This document shows positions 59,219-64,000 of a stretch of 64,000 nt of DNA, piece by piece. The notes under the pieces are model-generated. The model was not told the DNA's origin, did no database searches, and saw only the letters and a list, made by a program, of their open reading frames with translations. How positions within the stretch are numbered: position 1 is the stretch's first letter; every line of letters starts with the position of its first letter. Position numbers and translations under genes: made by a program. The stretch spans positions 24,302 through 88,301 of the forward strand of contig DAOUBB010000045.1 of the NCBI GenBank assembly GCA_034432955.1, in the 5' to 3' direction. The stretch comes from Anaerolineae bacterium (GTDB lineage Bacteria > Chloroflexota > Anaerolineae > DUEN01).

Positions 59219-60574
59219 TCATCCCCCCGATGAGATGCCGAGCAGATACTCCACCGCGCGGTCCAACTGCGGGTCACGTCCGGCGGCGCGATCTTCCAGG
59301 GTGCGCTCCACGACGATGTCGGGCTCCAGGCCGATGCCGTCAATGCCCCGGCCCTTGGGGGTAAACCAGCGGGCAATGGTCACGCGCAGCATGGACCCAT
59401 CGCTCAGGCGGTGTGGCACCTGGACGGACCCCTTGCCGAAGGTGGTAACGCCGATGAGCGGGCCGCGCCCGGCATCCTGAATGGCGCCGGCGACGATCTC
59501 GGAGGCGCTCGCGCTGCCATCGTTGACCAGCACAGCCAGCGGGATGTCCGTGGCGAGGCCTCCCGGGCGCGCCGGGTACTCTTGCGCTTTTCCGTCCTTG
59601 AAACGTTCAATCAGGATGTTGCCCTTTCCCACGAACTGGCTGCCGATCTCGACGGCGGCGTCCAGAAAGCCGCCGGGGTTGCCGCGCAGGTCTAAGATCA
59701 ACCCCTTGGGCTTCTGGCGCAGCAATTCGCGCAGCGCCCGGCGCACCAGCTCGGGGGAACGGCCGTTGAATTCGCCCAGCTTGAGGTAGGCGATCCCGTG
59801 GTCCAGCATCTTGCTCTCGACGATGGGGATCTCAATGCGATCTCGCACGACCTCGATCTCGATCAGGTCCGGCTCGCCCGAGCGCTTGATGAGGAGGCGC
59901 ACTTTGGTGCCCTTGGGCCCGCGGATGAGCTGGATGGCATCGCTCAGCGGCAAGTCCGTCACATCTTGGCCGTCCACCTCGACGATGATGTCGCCGCGTT
60001 GGATGCCGGCTTCGTAAGCGGGCTGGCCTTCGAACGGCTCGACGATCAGCACTCCGCCCCCCGGCGCGAGGTCCACGCGAGCGCCGATGCCCTCGAAGGT
60101 GCCGGTGAGATCCACACTGAAGAATTCAGCCGATTGCGGGTCAAGGAAGGTGGTGTTCTCATCGTCCAGCAGCTCAAGGACGCCGCGGATGGCCCCGTAA
60201 GTCATCTCTTGGTTGCTTGGCAGCTCGCCGTAGTAGTCCTGCTGGAGCGCGCGCCAGGCTTCCCAGAAGACCCGGAACTCTTTCGGTTGCTCGGGCAGGC
60301 GATCTGGTTCGTTGCCGGGCTGCGACCCTGTTGTGGCCATGTCGGTGGAGGGAAGTGCCCCAGAGCGCGGGGGGGCGGTCGGCTGCGGCCTCGCTTCCTC
60401 GATCGGCCTGATCGCCCCGGCGGACGCGCGGGGGTTGGCGGGCGCCGTCCACCGGCCCACGCCAAAACCGGCTCCGAACCCTAGGAGGAAGGCCGACCCC
60501 GTCATGCTGACAACCAGGACAGATGCAATCAACCACTTAAGCACGTGACCGGATCCGTTGGAACTCATCTTCAC
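59219..60574 (-). CDS. Carboxyl-terminal processing protease (S41, PDZ-containing)
   Basis: N-terminal TM. PDZ domain. Catalytic block TFGKGSVQ and conserved LVNDGSASASEI (S41 Ser/Lys dyad region). Confidence 0.8.
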   Translation of the reverse strand: MKMSSNGSGHVLKWLIASVLVVSMTGSAFLLGFGAGFGVGRWTAPANPRASAGAIRPIEEARPQPTAPPRSGALPSTDMATTGSQPGNEPDRLPEQPKEFRVFWEAWRALQQDYYGELPSNQEMTYGAIRGVLELLDDENTTFLDPQSAEFFSVDLTGTFEGIGARVDLAPGGGVLIVEPFEGQPAYEAGIQRGDIIVEVDGQDVTDLPLSDAIQLIRGPKGTKVRLLIKRSGEPDLIEIEVVRDRIEIPIVESKMLDHGIAYLKLGEFNGRSPELVRRALRELLRQKPKGLILDLRGNPGGFLDAAVEIGSQFVGKGNILIERFKDGKAQEYPARPGGLATDIPLAVLVNDGSASASEIVAGAIQDAGRGPLIGVTTFGKGSVQVPHRLSDGSMLRVTIARWFTPKGRGIDGIGLEPDIVVERTLEDRAAGRDPQLDRAVEYLLGISSGG

Positions 60575-60653
60575 ATCCTCACCAGGCTAAGTTGTTCACG
60601 GTGGTACCTTCTGCCCTGCGTATGGCGCTGGCGAAAGGTGGAGCCAATACGCC

Positions 60654-61901
60654 CTACGGCATCGCCGCCAGCCGCTCGAGCGCCCGCTCCAATGCCGGGT
60701 CTCGCCCGGCCTGACGATCTTGCTCTGACGTCGCCACCGGGACGTCCGGCTCCAGGCCTTGTCGGTCAATCTGGCGGTGGTTCGGGGTGAGCCAGCGGGC
60801 GGAAGTGACGTGCAAGGACGAGCCATCGGACAGGTCGTGCACCAGTTGCACGGAGCCCTTGCCGAACGTCTTCTCGCCGAACAACAGCGCTCGTCCATGA
60901 TCCTGCAGAGCGCCCGCCACGATCTCCGCGGCGCTGGCCGTCGCTCCGTCTACGAGGACGACCAGGCTGCCATCGAACACCAGCGGGCGGCGTCGCACGA
61001 AGTAGGCTTTCTCTCGCCCTCCGGCCCTCTCCTCGTACAGCACCACGCCCTCGCGCAGGAAGGTGCTGCTCACGTCTACGGCGGCTTCCAGCAGGCCGCC
61101 ATTGTTGTGGCGCAGATCCAGGACGAGCCGGTCCACCCCCTGTCTTGTCAGGTCGTCCAGCGCCTTTGTCAGCTCATCGGCGGTGCGCTCGGTGAAGATG
61201 GCGAGCCGAATGTACCCCGTGTGAGGCGGCGCATCCAGGACGTGCCACTCGACGCTGGGCGTCTCGATGCGCTGGCGCTCGATCTCGAACGTGAGCAGCT
61301 CGGCTGTGCCGGCCCGTCGCACTTGAATGCGCACGATCGTCCCGATGGGCCCCCGGACCAGGCTCACCACCTCGTCTTGCGACATGGCGGGCGTGATCTC
61401 GCGCCCATCCACGGTCACAAGGAGGTCGCCCTCTCGGATGCCGGCTCGCGCGGCGGGCATGTCCGGCATCGGCCGTAGGCTATAGGAGCCGTCTTCTTCC
61501 CGGATAATCCAGGCGCCGATGCCGCCGAACTCCCCCTTCAGGTCTTCCCGTTCGCGCTGACGGGGCTGTGGCTCTACGAAGATCGTATAGGGGTCGCCGT
61601 ACGATTGGACGAGGCCACGGATCGCGCCGTAGATGCGTTGCACTGTGGAGGGGCTCTCTCCCAGAAAGGAGCGGTCCAGGATGTGCCACGCTTCCCAGAA
61701 GACGCGAAACTCAGCCGCCTCGACGGGGATCTGGTCTCGCGTGAGATACCAGTGAAAGGCGAACCCGGCCACAAACGTCAGCAGAGGGATAAGCGTGACT
61801 GTGGCGACGCCGGCGGCATATCGGAGCGCTCGCATGCGAGAAACGGTTGAACCCCTCGTCGTTAGTGGTGGCATTTTATCACGGCGATCCGGGGCTGACA
61901 A
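60654..61901 (-). CDS. Carboxyl-terminal processing protease (S41) paralog
   Basis: TFGKGSVQLVHDLSDGS and VLVDGATASAAEIVAGALQDHGRALLFG. PDZ segment. N-terminal TM. Confidence 0.8.
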   Translation of the reverse strand: MSAPDRRDKMPPLTTRGSTVSRMRALRYAAGVATVTLIPLLTFVAGFAFHWYLTRDQIPVEAAEFRVFWEAWHILDRSFLGESPSTVQRIYGAIRGLVQSYGDPYTIFVEPQPRQREREDLKGEFGGIGAWIIREEDGSYSLRPMPDMPAARAGIREGDLLVTVDGREITPAMSQDEVVSLVRGPIGTIVRIQVRRAGTAELLTFEIERQRIETPSVEWHVLDAPPHTGYIRLAIFTERTADELTKALDDLTRQGVDRLVLDLRHNNGGLLEAAVDVSSTFLREGVVLYEERAGGREKAYFVRRRPLVFDGSLVVLVDGATASAAEIVAGALQDHGRALLFGEKTFGKGSVQLVHDLSDGSSLHVTSARWLTPNHRQIDRQGLEPDVPVATSEQDRQAGRDPALERALERLAAMP

Positions 61902-61906
61902 GCCTG

Positions 61907-61953
61907 GTGGCGCGGGCTTCAGCTTGCCTGTGGCGGCCGGAGGGCCGCGCCAC
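61907..61953. repeat. Two degenerate REP units (GTGGCGCGGGCTTCAGCTTGCC / GTGGCGGCCGGAGGGCCGCGCCAC)
   Basis: Same family as the RAYT-flanking repeats. Sit directly upstream of the S41 gene start. Confidence 0.55.
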
Positions 61954-61993
61954 CCTTCTCACCCGTCATAAGAACCTATCCGAAAACCTCGCT

Positions 61994-62030
<37 letters not shown>

Positions 62031-62059
62031 CGCCTCATCTGCGAGTTTTCGGATAGGCT

Positions 62060-62266
62060 CTAAGTGACCACGCGAGGACGAAGGATGGTGGCGCCGATGC
62101 GGCGGTAAGCTTCCTGCAATCGTTGAAACGTTTCCTCGTCCCGGCAGATGCCGATCACCGCTCCGCCCGAGCCGCAGAACTTAGAGCTGACGCCCAGATC
62201 GCGGGCGGTCTGGATCAGCCGTCGGTTGAGATCGTTGATCCGATAAATGAGAACGTGTTGAGCACC
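62060..62266 (-). pseudogene. GHMP-kinase C-terminal remnant (about 68 codons, no start codon, N-terminal roughly 250 aa missing)
   Basis: Reverse-frame translation ...VLIYRINDLNRRLIQTARDLGVSSKFCGSGGAVIGICRDEETFQRLQEAYRRIGATILRPRVVT* carries the GHMP_kinases_C motif (K-x-x-G-(S/A)-G-G-G). Tandem in-frame TGA TGA lies immediately upstream. Only about 100 bp separate it from the next gene. Confidence 0.45.
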
Positions 62267-62365
62267 TCATCAGCCGTTGCCGATGAACTTTTGACGAAAC
62301 CGGCTTCAGATTATACCATGATTTGCGACTACCCGGTTGGAACTCCTCAGAGAAAGGACGATGGA

Positions 62366-63661
62366 ATGCTGCGCGGACGACGCTGGACCTGGATCGCATT
62401 ACTGTTGCTGGCAGCGGCGACCCCTTTTCTCCTCTTTCCGGGGGGATGGCGGACGCTCGCTCTGATGATCCTCCCTGTGATCTTGATCGGCAACCGGTTG
62501 GCCATGGGATGTTTCTTTCGCCGCACTCCCTATGACGCGGCGATCGCTCTGCTGTTGCTCATGGTGCTTGTGAGCCTGTACGCCACGTTTGATGTGGAGT
62601 TCAGCCTGCCGAAGATCGCCGGGATTCTGTTGGGGGTGACCACGTTGTATGTCCTGGTGAGCTTTGCATGTACGGTATCGCGTTTCGAACGAACGGTGTT
62701 CGGCTTGCAGGTCGTGGCGGCCGGGTTTACCGGCTTTCTGCTGGTAGGCACCCAATGGGGAAGCAAGGTACCTGTGCTGCAGCAGCTCGGCTCTATGATC
62801 CCTCAGGTGATCAAAGGGCTGCCTGGAGCGGAGGAAGGCTTTCATCCCAACGAAGCGGGCGGCGCCCTGACCTGGCTGGTCTTCTTGCCGCTGACCACCG
62901 GTCTGGGAGTGTGGGGGCGACGACGCTCCGCTTCCACGGCGATCGTGGCCTGCCTATTGCTGGGGCTGTCAGCCGCGATGGCTGGGGTGTTGCTGTTGAC
63001 CCAATCGCGCAGCGCCTGGATCGGGGCGATCGCCGGGATCGGAGCGCTGGCCTTTGCGGCTGGACGGTGGGGCAAGGCGCTGGTGGCCCTGGGCCTGATC
63101 GCCGTGCTGGCGACGATTTTGGTGATCGGCCCAGCCCAGGCCAGACAGGTGTTGGATGAAGGCTCTCCGGCAGAGCTGGGCGCGGTCACCAACATCAGCC
63201 TGGAAGGGCGGATGGAGATCTGGTCGCGTGCGCTTTATGGGATTCAGGATTTCCCGTTCACTGGAATGGGGATGGGTACGTTTCGCCGCGTGGTCCCGGT
63301 GCTTTATCCGTTGTTCCTGGTCAGCCCTGACCAGGACATCGGCCATGCGCACAACGAATGGTTGCAGGTGGGCGTAGACCTGGGGATTCCGGGGTTGATC
63401 GCCTACCTGGCGATTCAAGCTTTGGGGCTGATGCTCGCATACAAAACGTTCCGCTCGCCGGGGCCCCCTTTGGTGCGGTGGACGGCCGGCGGTGCGCTGG
63501 CCGGCTTGGTGGCACACGGGGTATACGGCATCACCGATGCGGTGGCGCTGGGGGCGAAACCGGGGGTGTTGTACTGGATCCTGCTAGCCCTGGTGGCAAC
63601 TGGATGGGAGCTAACGACAACGGCTGTGAAGCCTCCGACCAAATTCGAGGCCGAAGGCTGA
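62366..63661 (+). CDS. O-antigen ligase family (Wzy_C) membrane protein
   Basis: AAAGGA RBS before the ATG at 62366 (MLRGRRWTWIALLLL...). About 10 TM helices. Conserved GHAHNEWLQVGVDLGIPGL motif. The ORF-track N-terminal extension (62123) has no support. Confidence 0.7.
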   Translation: MLRGRRWTWIALLLLAAATPFLLFPGGWRTLALMILPVILIGNRLAMGCFFRRTPYDAAIALLLLMVLVSLYATFDVEFSLPKIAGILLGVTTLYVLVSFACTVSRFERTVFGLQVVAAGFTGFLLVGTQWGSKVPVLQQLGSMIPQVIKGLPGAEEGFHPNEAGGALTWLVFLPLTTGLGVWGRRRSASTAIVACLLLGLSAAMAGVLLLTQSRSAWIGAIAGIGALAFAAGRWGKALVALGLIAVLATILVIGPAQARQVLDEGSPAELGAVTNISLEGRMEIWSRALYGIQDFPFTGMGMGTFRRVVPVLYPLFLVSPDQDIGHAHNEWLQVGVDLGIPGLIAYLAIQALGLMLAYKTFRSPGPPLVRWTAGGALAGLVAHGVYGITDAVALGAKPGVLYWILLALVATGWELTTTAVKPPTKFEAEG

Positions 63662-63693
63662 TTTTGAACTTCATCGCTCATCGCGCGATGGGT

Positions 63694-64000
63694 TCACCCG
63701 GATGGCCCGGCAGCCGGCGGGATGGGGCGATCCGCCGGCGCCAACGCACTGACCGGCCGTGCCACCACGATCACCCGGTGTGTATTGCTGGTGTACGGCC
63801 AGCACGTCACCAACGTCAAGCGCTCGTCCGGGAAGGGGCCAATCCAACGGGCATTCTCTTGTCGCACCTCGGGCGGCTCCCCTTTCTCTTTGACGATCAT
63901 CTTGAGCTGAACCACGTAGCGAAACGCCCGTCCATCTGCATACAGCACGACCTCGTCGCCTGGCTTCAGCCGCTCCACGTAGCGAAAGACCTGCCCCTGG
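63694..64000 (-). CDS. Sortase-family transpeptidase (partial; N-terminus beyond window end)
   Basis: Reverse frame is open to the window edge (...GQVFRYVERLKPGDEVVLYADGRAFRYVV...). C-terminal LTLVTCWPY....THRVIVVA is the sortase TLxTC catalytic-Cys motif. Confidence 0.6.
   Translation of the reverse strand, partial: QGQVFRYVERLKPGDEVVLYADGRAFRYVVQLKMIVKEKGEPPEVRQENARWIGPFPDERLTLVTCWPYTSNTHRVIVVARPVSALAPADRPIPPAAGPSG

Noticed and set aside
62123-62365. N-terminal 81-aa extension of the O-antigen ligase ORF
   Set aside because: No RBS at 62123. It overlaps the minus-strand GHMP-kinase remnant and its promoter. A good RBS and a hydrophobic N-terminus begin at 62366.

Overview
This 64 kb window is high-GC (roughly 65%) bacterial chromosomal DNA. 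No rRNA, CRISPR array or prophage is present. The taxonomic guess, Chloroflexi-like, is tentative and based only on gene content and style. The ORF track omits edge-truncated genes, so two partial CDS were recovered by hand: a P-loop NTPase at 1-1104 (-) and a sortase at 63694-64000 (-).

Gene content, in order along the window:
- A divergent pair: a P-loop kinase-like NTPase and a LuxR-HTH regulator with a CARF-like N-terminal domain.
- A glycosylation block: a TPR-GT2 protein and a 1403-aa protein with methyltransferase, GT2, GT1, GT2 and TPR domains.
- A phytanoyl-CoA dioxygenase-family (PhyH-family) dioxygenase.
- A roughly 1230-aa multi-sensor histidine kinase broken by a single-base frameshift.
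- A REP-associated tyrosine transposase (RAYT) flanked on both sides by arrays of its roughly 21-bp REP hairpins.
- A REC-histidine kinase hybrid, a VanZ-like protein and ScpA.
- A 962-aa multi-domain cell-wall hydrolase.
- A TPR plus PD40 beta-propeller protein.
- A tRNA-Pro/Gly/Met cluster with an intrinsic terminator, followed by secreted-repeat, DUF5666 and other envelope-type proteins.
- tkt.
- An M23 peptidase.
- A compact heme operon, hemA-hemC-hemD-hemB-hemE.
- A divergent GroEL-like paralog, a BNR-repeat protein and a Zn-ADH.
- A structured low-GC leader or small RNA candidate.
- An NYN-HEAT protein, three translationally coupled paralogous GT-C-like membrane proteins and a LysM protein.
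- An ABC-2 permease pair without an ATPase, a flavin reductase and a CDGSH protein.
- A TetR regulator with a two-gene ABC exporter.
- smpB, two S41 C-terminal processing proteases, a GHMP-kinase gene remnant, an O-antigen ligase and the partial sortase.

Two dispersed palindromic repeat families stand out. One is the GTGGCGCGGGCTTTAGCCCGC REP family associated with the RAYT. The other is a 35-bp perfect palindrome, CAGGTGCCCGGCACCTCAAAGGTGCCGGGCACCTG. Several genes also carry a recurring TGCTATAAT-type extended -10 promoter.
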